IMG/VR virus record: IMGVR_UViG_3300037515_000973
Coordinates: 1 to 63,775 of that record
Source of the DNA: a virus
Taxonomy: Duplodnaviria; Caudoviricetes
Length of the DNA: 63,775 nucleotides
Strand: one strand, 5' to 3'
The notes beneath the pieces are model-generated. The model was not told the DNA's origin and did no database searches. It worked only from the letters and a program-made list of their open reading frames with translations. Each line of letters opens with the position of its first letter. Within the stretch, counting starts at the first letter, position 1. Shown here in pieces: positions 48,822 to 58,145 of this stretch. A program made the translations under genes and the position numbers.

Positions 48822-49256
48822 TTAGGTTCGATCGCCGTAGACTTGCCAACTGACTTGGAGCGGAAATCCGATCCAGGGGCTGTTTGCTTCTTCGCGACTG
48901 CCTAGGGGACGCAACGCCACAATCAACAGGAAATGACCATTGCCGAGCGCCAGACTCACGCCGGGCTCGAACACGGCCTCAATATTGTCACGCATCGTTT
49001 CATAGGTTGCGGTGCCCTGTCCCTTCGGCGCAAAAATATCATACTGGACAAGACCGACCGCTTGCAGTAATCCAGTGGCCAGCGGGCGGGTGTCCCCCGG
49101 CAGTAAGGTCTCTCGTATCCACGGCGCGTTGACGTCACTCATCGGATCAAACGCCCAGTTCTCCCACGCCCGCCGGAGGGCGGGAGGTACCCCTCCGGCG
49201 GTGAGCATACGAGCACGCAGGACCGCCCGTACAGTGACTATACTGATGGCCATCAC
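48822..49256 (-). CDS. Tail terminator protein
   Basis: AWEN..FDP...PWIR...GLVQYDIFAPKGQG. Confidence 0.7.
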   Translation of the reverse strand: MMAISIVTVRAVLRARMLTAGGVPPALRRAWENWAFDPMSDVNAPWIRETLLPGDTRPLATGLLQAVGLVQYDIFAPKGQGTATYETMRDNIEAVFEPGVSLALGNGHFLLIVALRPLGSREEANSPWIGFPLQVSWQVYGDRT

Positions 49257-49660
49257 GGCACCTCTCGAATCGCGACATGCACACTGTCTGTGAGAATACT
49301 CGAAAATTCCGCCACGGTTATGGCAAACATGCCGTTCGGGGCTTGTTGACTATGCCCAAATTCTAACGCGAGGATATACGGCACATTATTACTGATCACG
49401 AGTGTTTCGCCTGACGCTGTGCCTGCAACCACCCCCGTCACGCGGGTAATGGTTACTTCTCCTCCCACGTCAGGAGAATAATCATTGGTCAGATCCGCAC
49501 CGCCCCCGCCGGACACGGTGACGTTTGCTCTCGCCCGTCCCGTATCGACCGGCATGCGATTGATAATCCGTGTCGCCATCTCCAAGACGACCGCATGATG
49601 CGCGATCGTGGCGCGATTCACAAATTTGCCCTTAAAGCGGTTTAAATCTGCGGTAAACAT
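49253..49660 (-). CDS. HK97 gp10-like tail completion protein
   Basis: PVDTGRAR...NNVPYILALEFGHSQQAPNGM. Confidence 0.85.
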   Translation of the reverse strand: MFTADLNRFKGKFVNRATIAHHAVVLEMATRIINRMPVDTGRARANVTVSGGGGADLTNDYSPDVGGEVTITRVTGVVAGTASGETLVISNNVPYILALEFGHSQQAPNGMFAITVAEFSSILTDSVHVAIREVP

Positions 49661-49661
49661 C

Positions 49662-50039
49662 TTATTGTCTCAACTGAAACGTATACATAATCGTCATGTC
49701 CCCACTGCGGATCGGTTGGACATCGACGACCCGCCACTCGCGGGCCTCGATCACCAGTGTCGTGGCATGCGGCGTCGGAACCGTACTGAGGGCAGAGGCG
49801 GCAATGCTGATATGTCCATCGCCGGTCAGGATACTCTGCCCATTGATGAGATGAATGGCATAGGCACTGAGCGGATCAATGCTGGTCACGGCTTGATCCG
49901 TCGTGGTCCGTACGCCCTCCGTGCCCGTCTCTGGATCAGACGTGTCTGTGGTGGTGCGGACCGTCACCGCTTGCCCCGTGAGGGCCGGGAAGATATTCGC
50001 CACGAGATCGGGGAGGATGCCATCGATGAAATTTGCCAT
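49662..50039 (-). CDS. Head closure protein
   Basis: INGQSILTGD...WRVVDV...YTFQLR; synteny. Confidence 0.65.
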   Translation of the reverse strand: MANFIDGILPDLVANIFPALTGQAVTVRTTTDTSDPETGTEGVRTTTDQAVTSIDPLSAYAIHLINGQSILTGDGHISIAASALSTVPTPHATTLVIEAREWRVVDVQPIRSGDMTIMYTFQLRQ

Positions 50040-50040
50040 A

Positions 50041-50529
50041 TTACCGCCGTATGAGGATATGCGCCTGCTGCCTGTGGCTGGCCTGAAGCAAGCCGGCGAG
50101 GGCTTGTTCGGCTTGCCAGTACACGCCCCCGACACCAATTGTTTGTCCAAACTCCACCCGCACAGAGCCGGCCGCCACACTCCGCGGCAACCCATCTTTG
50201 TAGCGCGTAGGAATCAGATCTCCTCCTAATGCGGCTTTGGCCAACAGGGCTTGGGCCACTTTAAAGCCGAGCGGGATGCCCGTTATGGTCCGCCCCTCGG
50301 TATCCCTCATGTTGTTGCGCGGAAACGGGGCGGTTTGTGACAGCGAGCCCGGATGGGCTCCCCGCCACGCACCATCATAGCGCCAGAGCAGGAACTCATA
50401 GGCTTTACGTGCCGCCGCCTCCCGGTTCGCTAAAGACGCCACGGGCCAGACGGCATCGTTCCGTTCAGACCAATATAGATCTAACTCGGCCAGCGTCGTG
50501 AGGGTGTCAGTCCCGACGATCAGTGCCAT
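50041..50529 (-). CDS. Head-tail adaptor (DnaT-like family)
   Basis: LAELDLYWSER...Q...FPR...IP...K.AQ.LLA. Confidence 0.7.
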   Translation of the reverse strand: MALIVGTDTLTTLAELDLYWSERNDAVWPVASLANREAAARKAYEFLLWRYDGAWRGAHPGSLSQTAPFPRNNMRDTEGRTITGIPLGFKVAQALLAKAALGGDLIPTRYKDGLPRSVAAGSVRVEFGQTIGVGGVYWQAEQALAGLLQASHRQQAHILIRR

Positions 50530-50710
50530 CGTCTTCTCGTACTTTAGGTGGGCGGCCCACAGGACGCTTGTGTGTCGGAGCGGGTTCGTCATCGGCCTCT
50601 GGCTCGGAGACTGATTGTGCCGCCGCCAGCTGCTCCGCTTCACGGCGCAGCTGCTCTTGTCGGCGGGCTTCCTGCTCACGGCGGACACGCGTAAAAGCAG
50701 TCGCAGACAT
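50507..50710 (-). CDS. Small basic protein after the capsid genes
   Basis: KRPVGRPPK motif. Confidence 0.5.
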   Translation of the reverse strand: MSATAFTRVRREQEARRQEQLRREAEQLAAAQSVSEPEADDEPAPTHKRPVGRPPKVREDDGTDRRD

Positions 50711-50714
50711 CCGG

Positions 50715-51080
50715 TTATCCTCCATTCTCGACGGCCACGCGCCAGGTTGGCACGATATGTAATCGCGTGATCGTATAGTGATCTCGCGGGACGGCAATGC
50801 GGACCTGATAGGTCCCGTCCGCATTGTCGCCCACGACTTCCCCACCTGCTCCAGCAAGGGTCACCTGCTGGCCCACGACAAAGACCGGAGCCGTGAGAGG
50901 CCCCGCCGCAATGTCACTTTCTGCCACCACTTGTGTGGCCTCCGTCGGATCGCCTCCGTTGGGGCTCTGGATCTGGTAGAGCGGTTGTGGGCCACCGACA
51001 TGGGCAAAAATAAACCCCGTCCCGCCGCCACGCGCGGCGGTCAGCGTGACCTTTGCGCCCAGCGGGTAGAGGTGCGCCAT
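50715..51080 (-). CDS. Hypothetical head-region protein
   Basis: Operonic position. Confidence 0.5.
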   Translation of the reverse strand: MAHLYPLGAKVTLTAARGGGTGFIFAHVGGPQPLYQIQSPNGGDPTEATQVVAESDIAAGPLTAPVFVVGQQVTLAGAGGEVVGDNADGTYQVRIAVPRDHYTITRLHIVPTWRVAVENGG

Positions 51081-51084
51081 CAGA

Positions 51085-51705
51085 TTAGCCCCAGGCCACG
51101 ACATGGATCACGTCGGTTGCCACTGGGTCTGTGGCCCCGGCGAAGTTATACAGAATCCGATGCGGTGCCGTCGCAATCGTGGCCAATCCGGTGGCGGCTT
51201 TTGTCAGTCCGGCGGTGGAGCGAACATCGGCGATAAACGTCACGGGGGCAAACGGCAATGGAATATGCACCTGATCGGCCAAAATATCTTGCGCCGTCAC
51301 CACATAATTTACGGCCACTATTTGCATCCGTCCTTGTGACACGCCGCCATGCATATCTTCCACGGTCATGGCAGCGGCACTGACCTTGACCATGGCGAGA
51401 TTGCCCGCCGTCCCTGCCGCAGTGGCCATCACAATCACACTGTCACCGACCGTGCTGAGCACGGCGGTGATATTCGGTTTGTTATTGCGCAGATCGTCGT
51501 TAATCGCGGCCAGCAGACTCGTCGCACTATCGGCCGCACTGGCTCCGTTCGTCCAGATGCCACTGGTGGCAACGGCGACATCGGCCTCTTGATAAATCTG
51601 CCCACCAATGGTGACCGAGGCCAGCGCCTCTGCCGCGGCATTGAAATCAATCACCCCGACGGCATTCATGCCGGGCGATCCCACCATATCAATTAAACCG
51701 GCCAT
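51085..51705 (-). CDS. Putative capsid decoration protein
   Basis: Ala/Thr-rich, directly after the major capsid gene. Confidence 0.5.
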   Translation of the reverse strand: MAGLIDMVGSPGMNAVGVIDFNAAAEALASVTIGGQIYQEADVAVATSGIWTNGASAADSATSLLAAINDDLRNNKPNITAVLSTVGDSVIVMATAAGTAGNLAMVKVSAAAMTVEDMHGGVSQGRMQIVAVNYVVTAQDILADQVHIPLPFAPVTFIADVRSTAGLTKAATGLATIATAPHRILYNFAGATDPVATDVIHVVAWG

Positions 51706-51720
51706 ATTGTGTGACTCCTT

Positions 51721-52719
51721 TTAGGTGGTGCCGTCGTAGGCAGGGGTATTCTCAGTGGTATGGACCGCGACGATCCGGATATTCTTATCTTCCCACACCT
51801 TCGCCCAGTTGGCGCCCAGTTGTAATTCTGCGGTACTCGGCGACACCCCGACGGGCGAGCCGGTAAACCGCACGCCACGGGGATGCATAATGAAATGGCG
51901 ACGATGCACGAGAATATCATCTCCTGCCAACGTATCGCGGTCCATCTCGACGGCCTTCTCGACGGGCAGGCCCGGCTCGCCGCCATTGCCGACGCCAAAC
52001 GCGCCCGCGCCAAAAAAGTAGGACGTATACACGTTTGCAGACGGATTCGGCAGGCCATCGTCGGTAATGACTTCACGCCCGAGAAAGCGTGAGATGCGGA
52101 GTTGTTGTTCACTCAGCGCCTCAAAGGTGATGAGATTTTGATGTTGCATGCCCTGAAAGACCACGGAGTGCACAGACAGCGCCGTAATCATATCCCACTG
52201 ATCGCCCAACAATCCCACGGCATCAATGATGGCACGCTGACTCATCGCTTTATTGGTCAACCCACTGCCGGCAATGTCGAGCACGTGCGTACTCGCCAGC
52301 GCCGTCGCAAAGATGCCTTGCAGGGATGGAATCAGGATATTGGTCTGCATGGAGCGCGCCCAGAAAGCGGCCACCCGGTCGCTTAAGGCTTTGAGCGGGT
52401 CGGACCCGGCCACGGCGGCCGGTAAGTCATTCGCACTCCACGCTTTGCCCCGCCGATGAATCGCCGCTTCATCCTGGCCTTGATCCATCCGCGCCGGGGT
52501 CAGCGCTGCTGAGTCAGAAAGCACCTCCGAGTCTCCTGACAGGTCATGCCAGAAGGGCATGTCAATCTTCGTCCCCTTGCTCGAGGCCCGGTCGTTGAAC
52601 TCACTCGATGTTTCGATAATTGAAGATTGAAACAACCGTGAGACCGTCGCGGTCGTCTCGACTACAGAGTCCAAAAAAGTTTGGGGTTCAATAATATCGG
52701 TCAGTTGCGTTTTCGCCAT
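51721..52719 (-). CDS. Major capsid protein
   Basis: IDMPFWHDLSGD...RGKAWSANDL...GSDP; LGREVITDDGLP; RRHFIMHPRG. Confidence 0.9.
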   Translation of the reverse strand: MAKTQLTDIIEPQTFLDSVVETTATVSRLFQSSIIETSSEFNDRASSKGTKIDMPFWHDLSGDSEVLSDSAALTPARMDQGQDEAAIHRRGKAWSANDLPAAVAGSDPLKALSDRVAAFWARSMQTNILIPSLQGIFATALASTHVLDIAGSGLTNKAMSQRAIIDAVGLLGDQWDMITALSVHSVVFQGMQHQNLITFEALSEQQLRISRFLGREVITDDGLPNPSANVYTSYFFGAGAFGVGNGGEPGLPVEKAVEMDRDTLAGDDILVHRRHFIMHPRGVRFTGSPVGVSPSTAELQLGANWAKVWEDKNIRIVAVHTTENTPAYDGTT

Positions 52720-52738
52720 GGAAAACTACCTTTATAGC

Positions 52739-53569
52739 TTATGCCCCTGATGCGGCTGCCTGCTTTAACTCTTCGTAGAGCTGCGGATTCGTTTTTCTCA
52801 ATTGGCCTTGCGCGGTCAAATTGTAGCTCTCTTTTTTAAAGGGATTCACCGCCGGCCGGCGGAAACGCGTCCCGTCTCCATTTTGGCCGCCCCCGAGAGT
52901 ACGCAGCGGCTCCACGTACTCTAGTCCCTGTTCAGAGCTCGCCCATTCTTCAATGTACTTATCGACATCCCGTTCAATGCCGTCCACTTCGACCACCGCC
53001 CGGAACTCTTTTTTCCCTGTGCCGGCATGGTCTTCCTCGATCGTCCGGATTTGCTTTTCGTGAAAAGCACGGACCATCTTAAAATGTTTGGGCTTGATAC
53101 GTACGTCGTGCAAGGCTTTTTCCAGCGCGTTGCGTTTGACTTCCTCTTCGAGTGAGGATTGCAAAAAGGTGAGCCGATCATCCTTTTCTTTGAGCACCAC
53201 TTGATGCTCTTTCCGGGCTTTGGCTTCCGCCGCCAGCCGGATGTCTCGAATCTTCTCTTCCCGCACCTCAAGAGACATTTTTGGATCAGGATCTCCCTCA
53301 GCATGGGTATCCTGCCACGTCACAAAGCTGGCCCATTTATCTTCATCGAATCCAGCAGGAATGCGGCCCAGGGCCTCATCACGTTGCTTTTCAATTTGTC
53401 GGGTGAGTTGCTTTTGCTTCTGAAAACTTTTCTCTAGCGCCGTATGCAACTCCTGAGTGACAATGCCTTCGCCGTCCAGGGTATAGCCGTTCTCCTGTTC
53501 GAGAAAGAAATCTTTCACCGTCCCTTGCGGTATATCTTCCACGTTTTCGTAAAAACTCTTTAGCTTCAT
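52739..53569 (-). CDS. Scaffolding protein
   Basis: Coiled coil; NPFKKESYNLTAQGQL..TNP C-terminus; upstream of the capsid gene. Confidence 0.8.
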   Translation of the reverse strand: MKLKSFYENVEDIPQGTVKDFFLEQENGYTLDGEGIVTQELHTALEKSFQKQKQLTRQIEKQRDEALGRIPAGFDEDKWASFVTWQDTHAEGDPDPKMSLEVREEKIRDIRLAAEAKARKEHQVVLKEKDDRLTFLQSSLEEEVKRNALEKALHDVRIKPKHFKMVRAFHEKQIRTIEEDHAGTGKKEFRAVVEVDGIERDVDKYIEEWASSEQGLEYVEPLRTLGGGQNGDGTRFRRPAVNPFKKESYNLTAQGQLRKTNPQLYEELKQAAASGA

Positions 53570-53716
53570 GGTGTGATGCCTTCCTGATGTCAAAAAAAAA
53601 TGGCCGCACCCCTGCTCTGTGAAGAGAAGAGATGCGGCCATTCTGATCTTTAGCCGTTTTAAAAAGTTATGTTTACTCTACTGACATTATCATTGAGTTA
53701 CAAGCCTTCCTTATAT

Positions 53717-53911
53717 TTACCGTTTTCCTGAGGCCATCAGTACCCGCTCAAAGTCACACGTCAGTTGAAGCAGAGAGATCTCTTCTTTGTTTTTCGGATC
53801 AAAGCGAACGACCAGTTTCATGCCTCGTAGGGTCGGATCGAGATTGAGCGTGTCCTTCCGGAGTTCGAGTTCGTGCCTGATCTGTTCCAGTGCGCGTTCA
53901 ATCCGTCCCAC
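53717..53911 (-). CDS. Small hypothetical protein
   Basis: Abuts the stop of the gp7-like gene. Confidence 0.45.
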   Translation of the reverse strand: MGRIERALEQIRHELELRKDTLNLDPTLRGMKLVVRFDPKNKEEISLLQLTCDFERVLMASGKR

Positions 53912-55120
53912 TTAGTCCGCCTTTTTTTTGCGGCTCTGCCGCTCAGAGGCGGAGCCTCTCAGGACACGGCCTGTTGTTGGATTCAGGGTAATACCGAGTG
54001 CAGCAAATACCGCTCTTTCTTTTTTGATTAATTCAGCAAGGGGAAGCACCTCATGTGCATTATTCACAAATTGGTCGATCTTGACCTGCCCGTTCCGAAA
54101 TAAACGCCCCCGTGTGGCGCCGAGCACCTCATCTTGTATCGCTGCCGACTGTTGTTTCAGCCATTGGGGATACGTCAGAGAAGCCGGGACTTGGCCGTTC
54201 ATACTGGCGCGCGTCCCCTCGGGAAGGTTGGGCAAGTCGAGCCCTAAAGCTTTCCAACTCCTCAACCAAGGAGTGATACTACAGCGTCATCTTCCGTGAA
54301 TAGGGGGCCACGGATGAGATGTGCCTGTTTTCCAATTTTTCTTGTCCAGTGACATGCACCGGACACAGGTCCGCAGATCCAACGTCGCAATCCAGCCTTC
54401 CCCTTGGAGAATATCCTCATTTTCTTCCAACATAAGACGCCGGGCTTGCGTCCCGATATGGATCGTCGCCGTGCGGACCAGTGTTTCTGCATCTCGGCGC
54501 GACATCTGCAAAATCCCATCCATAAATTTATTGGCCCGTGTCCCCCGAATGCGCCGCATAATTTGTTCATTCGTCTCGCCTTGCACTATGCCAATGCCGA
54601 TCTGTTGCGTGAGCCGTCGCTGGGTCGTGGTGGTCAGATTTTCAAACCAATCCCGCAGCGGAAATCCTTCCATCGGAATCGTCAGTGCCGCCCGGATTTG
54701 TGGGACACTCGGGATCACGGTTTCAATTAAAATGCCTCGTGTGGCTTCCTGGATGACCGCCGCTTGCCAGTGCACTTCGTGTTCGGCTAACGCGCTCAAG
54801 GCGTCCTGTATCTGCGTAAAGAGTGCCTCATGTCCTGTTGTGAGCATAGTATGGAGTGCCATTTCCAGTTCGTGCAGGCGCCGCGTCGTCACCGGTCCAC
54901 GGTCAAAGCCACGTTCGGCAATACGGGCGAGGCGGGTTTCTATTTTCTGCAACAGGTCAGGATAGACGTGCATCTCTAAAAATTCGAGCGCGGCGCCCGT
55001 CTGCTGATTCTGCACACGGAGCTGGTAGATGAGATGTCTGATCGTTCGGTCGAGCAGGATCTCATTTGCCGTCTGTGGCGTGACCCGTAGCCTGGGATCA
55101 AGACGTGGCAAGGTACTCAC
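53912..55120 (-). CDS. SPP1 gp7/MuF-like head morphogenesis protein with in-frame TGA at 54287-54289
   Basis: AETLVRTA; WIATLDLRTCVRC; PPIHGR*RCSITPWLRSW...RASMNGQVP..LTY.QWL all in one frame. Confidence 0.85.
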
Positions 55121-55127
55121 TCATAAT

Positions 55128-56576
55128 TTACGGCTCTTCGTCTGCCTCTGCAAATAACGTCGGAGGAGCAGATGCAAAGGGGGCAATCGGGGAAGGGGGA
55201 GCGGGAGGCGTCAATCCCGGCCCGCCTACTTCAATCGCTGCGCGCTCTTCTTCTAGTGTCCGATCCGTCGGCAGTCGATCGCCGCGCTGCATATTCCAAA
55301 AATACATCTCCCAGGACATGAGATTCGCCTGGACTTGCTGCATTAATCCAATCATCTCCGCCGAGTCGATCGGAATGGGAAAATAATCGGTATTAAAGGT
55401 GACAGAAATATCGCCCGTCTCGCCCATCCAGTCCCGCGTCATTTCCAGGAGGCGCGTAAATCGCATTGAATTTTTATTGGCCAGCGCAGCTAACTGACTG
55501 TTTTCTCCAGCGGCGCGAATGATAAGCGTCCCTTCGGCTTCGGCAGCCTTTTTGTCCGGCGCGAGAATCCGCGCGCCCAATTGCGCCATTTCTTCCTTTT
55601 TGGCTTGGGCGCGGCGCTCCAGTAAGTCCCCACCGGCCCCGCTAATTTCCACGACCCCGACTTTTGAGTCTGCCGACGTACTATGCCAGATCACATCCGG
55701 CCCCTGATAGTGCGGCAAGGAGTCTTCTTCGATACCCAGAAAATACCGGATGGGGATAGCCACGTTGTGCGCCAATTGTTCGAGGTCGGCAATCGTCCGA
55801 TAGTGGTCCAGGTTTTTGTTCACCAAATCTAAGAGGGGAGGTGGGTGTATGTCTTCATCCGGAAAAAAGAAAAAGGGGATACTCTCAAACGGTGCATTCT
55901 GCACAAGCGGTTGTATGGTGTCAGTCAACACCCAGTGCTTTTCGCCGTTCCCATCCTCGCGGATGAACTGATAGATTTCTTGCTGATAGGTCTCTCCGTC
56001 ACCATCCAGCGACAACACTCTGAGTTGATGGACCTGGATGGAATCAAAACGACCTGTCTTTTCTTCTGCCATTTCTGATAAGACAATCAGTGAGAATTGA
56101 AAATTCCCCCGCACGCGGCGCTTTTCCCAGTACCAGATATTTTCGGTGACGTACGGTTTCCAAAACGGCAACCCACCATCGGCATTCCCGTCTGCATCTT
56201 GCCCCTCGGCTTCGAGGAGGACGCCATACCGATAAACGCTGAGCTGTTCGTCAACTGCCTGAACGGCAAACGCTAAGAAGGATTGATCCGATTGTGTCAC
56301 ATCTTCCAAAAAAAGGTGCATGGCATCGGACGCATCGATAATGGGGTCGTTCCGGAAAATCATCCCCGAGAACGTTTTCACGGTCTGTCGCGTGCCGTTC
56401 AGGAAGCCGGCGCGTGCAAGATAGATGTCATAGTCCGCATTGTCTTGCCCCGGCGGGCGAGGCAGGTAGAGTTCTCGTCCGGCATGCACGGCTTCTTCGC
56501 CGGCAATGACGTCTCGCGCTTTTTGCTGCAATGGGGCTAGCGACAGATAATCAGGGTGTTTGCGATCAACAGCCAC
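55128..56576 (-). CDS. Portal protein (DUF4055-like)
   Basis: YLPR...Y..YL.RA.F.N; PPLLDL..NLDHYR..AD; MAQLGAR; position after TerL. Confidence 0.85.
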   Translation of the reverse strand: MAVDRKHPDYLSLAPLQQKARDVIAGEEAVHAGRELYLPRPPGQDNADYDIYLARAGFLNGTRQTVKTFSGMIFRNDPIIDASDAMHLFLEDVTQSDQSFLAFAVQAVDEQLSVYRYGVLLEAEGQDADGNADGGLPFWKPYVTENIWYWEKRRVRGNFQFSLIVLSEMAEEKTGRFDSIQVHQLRVLSLDGDGETYQQEIYQFIREDGNGEKHWVLTDTIQPLVQNAPFESIPFFFFPDEDIHPPPLLDLVNKNLDHYRTIADLEQLAHNVAIPIRYFLGIEEDSLPHYQGPDVIWHSTSADSKVGVVEISGAGGDLLERRAQAKKEEMAQLGARILAPDKKAAEAEGTLIIRAAGENSQLAALANKNSMRFTRLLEMTRDWMGETGDISVTFNTDYFPIPIDSAEMIGLMQQVQANLMSWEMYFWNMQRGDRLPTDRTLEEERAAIEVGGPGLTPPAPPSPIAPFASAPPTLFAEADEEP

Positions 56577-56600
56577 GGTATGTCTCTCCTTCTCAGCCAG

Positions 56601-58145
56601 CTACCACCCTCTCACACGATGCCCACCCCCCGTGGGAGGAGCAGGAATAAGGTCGCGCCAAAACGCCATGACGACCGCATCCCCGTCATCTGGGGAGCGG
56701 CCCAGCCGATGGACTAACGTTTGTTCGCCCTCCTCGAACACCGTCCGCTTGCTTTCGACTTGAATCTTCCCGCCAGACACAAATCGATAACGATAGCCGG
56801 TCAAATCGCCGGCCAGCATGTCTTCGGGCGGCAGCGCAATGTTTTCTTCATATTGCGGGTCCAGCAGCTCTCGGAGATGCCAGAGCGCCGCACTCCTGGT
56901 ATTCACAAAAGCAAACTCCCCTGTCCGGTCCTGAAACTCTGTCTTCGATCCAGGATTAAAGGCGAATGTCCGCTTGGCATACTGTTCCCGCACGCGATCA
57001 TATACGCCAGAGCCCACACCAGGAAGATCAATCATGGCGTGCATGGTCGGATGCGCGCTGAGCATCGCCGTGATCCTGCCTGCCGTATCCATGGTGTCGG
57101 CAATCTGCGTGCGGGTCAGTGTGAGGACCGTGTCGTTCGTGCGCGGCGCCAAAACAGTCTTATCGCCCCCGCGGCCCACATCGACACCGACTTGTATTAA
57201 GATTGGGGGCGTCTCAGCAAACACACTTTGTCGTTCATGCCACCGCGCTTGCGCCGCTTCGATCCAACTGAGCGGAATCAGCGAGTCTGACGACGTTTCG
57301 GCAAACTCGCCGAGGACGTGATTTTGATACAACTCATTGGTTTCGGTCCACTGGCGCTTGCGTGCATCGGCCCAGGATTGCGCCATCTGTCCCGCCCGCA
57401 CGACCTCGGCCATGCTCACATGTTGCGTACTCCAGTCCTCAAAGCCGGGCGCATGGCGGCAGATATCGTAAAACCGACCACTGGTATGCCCTGGAATAGA
57501 GCTTGCGAACCAATACGCCTGTGGCCCACTCGTCGCCTCTGCATGACCTGGCTGCGCCACGTCCGTGGCATTCGAGGCTGCTCCTTCGACGCTATCCCAA
57601 CTGGGCGACGGGATGATTTTTGATTCATCAAAAATGTAGAGGACGTGTGTTGCGTGTGCACCTTCCATGGACTCATTATCGTCTGAAGCCACCGCAAAGG
57701 CATCGCCATCCGGAGGGAGGTGTAAACTTAAAGTGAGCAATTCTTTTTTGGCGAGTAAAGGGCCGCGTGGCACAGCACCATTCCACTTGATCCGCCGTTG
57801 CCACTTATGCACTTCCGGCCACAAGAATCGTTGCAGCTGGCGCCAATAGTTTGCAGTCGTGACGCATTTCCAGTCTATTTCGGCCAGGGACCGCGTAATG
57901 GCAAAATGCAAGAGGAGCAATGCCGCGACCGTGGTCTTGCCTGTCCCACGAGGACCACGAAAGGCGTGTCTATGGTGGAGCGCCAGTTGGCGCATGGCTT
58001 CCGCTTGATAGTCGATCAGGTGATGTCCCGCAGGCCACTCGATGCACTCCTGCGCCCACCGATCAGGATGATGAAAGTAGCGATCATAAAATTCCTGGAG
58101 CTGTTGCTTGCGCGATGGTGTCGGGTGCGTGCCGAGCAGTCCCAT
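56601..58145 (-). CDS. terL: Terminase large subunit
   Basis: GPRGTGKT Walker A; YIFDES Walker B; GVDVGRGGDKT and SPDDGDA nuclease motifs. Confidence 0.92.
   Translation of the reverse strand: MGLLGTHPTPSRKQQLQEFYDRYFHHPDRWAQECIEWPAGHHLIDYQAEAMRQLALHHRHAFRGPRGTGKTTVAALLLLHFAITRSLAEIDWKCVTTANYWRQLQRFLWPEVHKWQRRIKWNGAVPRGPLLAKKELLTLSLHLPPDGDAFAVASDDNESMEGAHATHVLYIFDESKIIPSPSWDSVEGAASNATDVAQPGHAEATSGPQAYWFASSIPGHTSGRFYDICRHAPGFEDWSTQHVSMAEVVRAGQMAQSWADARKRQWTETNELYQNHVLGEFAETSSDSLIPLSWIEAAQARWHERQSVFAETPPILIQVGVDVGRGGDKTVLAPRTNDTVLTLTRTQIADTMDTAGRITAMLSAHPTMHAMIDLPGVGSGVYDRVREQYAKRTFAFNPGSKTEFQDRTGEFAFVNTRSAALWHLRELLDPQYEENIALPPEDMLAGDLTGYRYRFVSGGKIQVESKRTVFEEGEQTLVHRLGRSPDDGDAVVMAFWRDLIPAPPTGGGHRVRGW

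Noticed and set aside
54287-54289. Genome-wide TGA reassignment (genetic code 4 or 25)
   Set aside because: Many genes end at TGA with coupled downstream starts (for example csf2 and csf1), and I noticed no other internal TGA.
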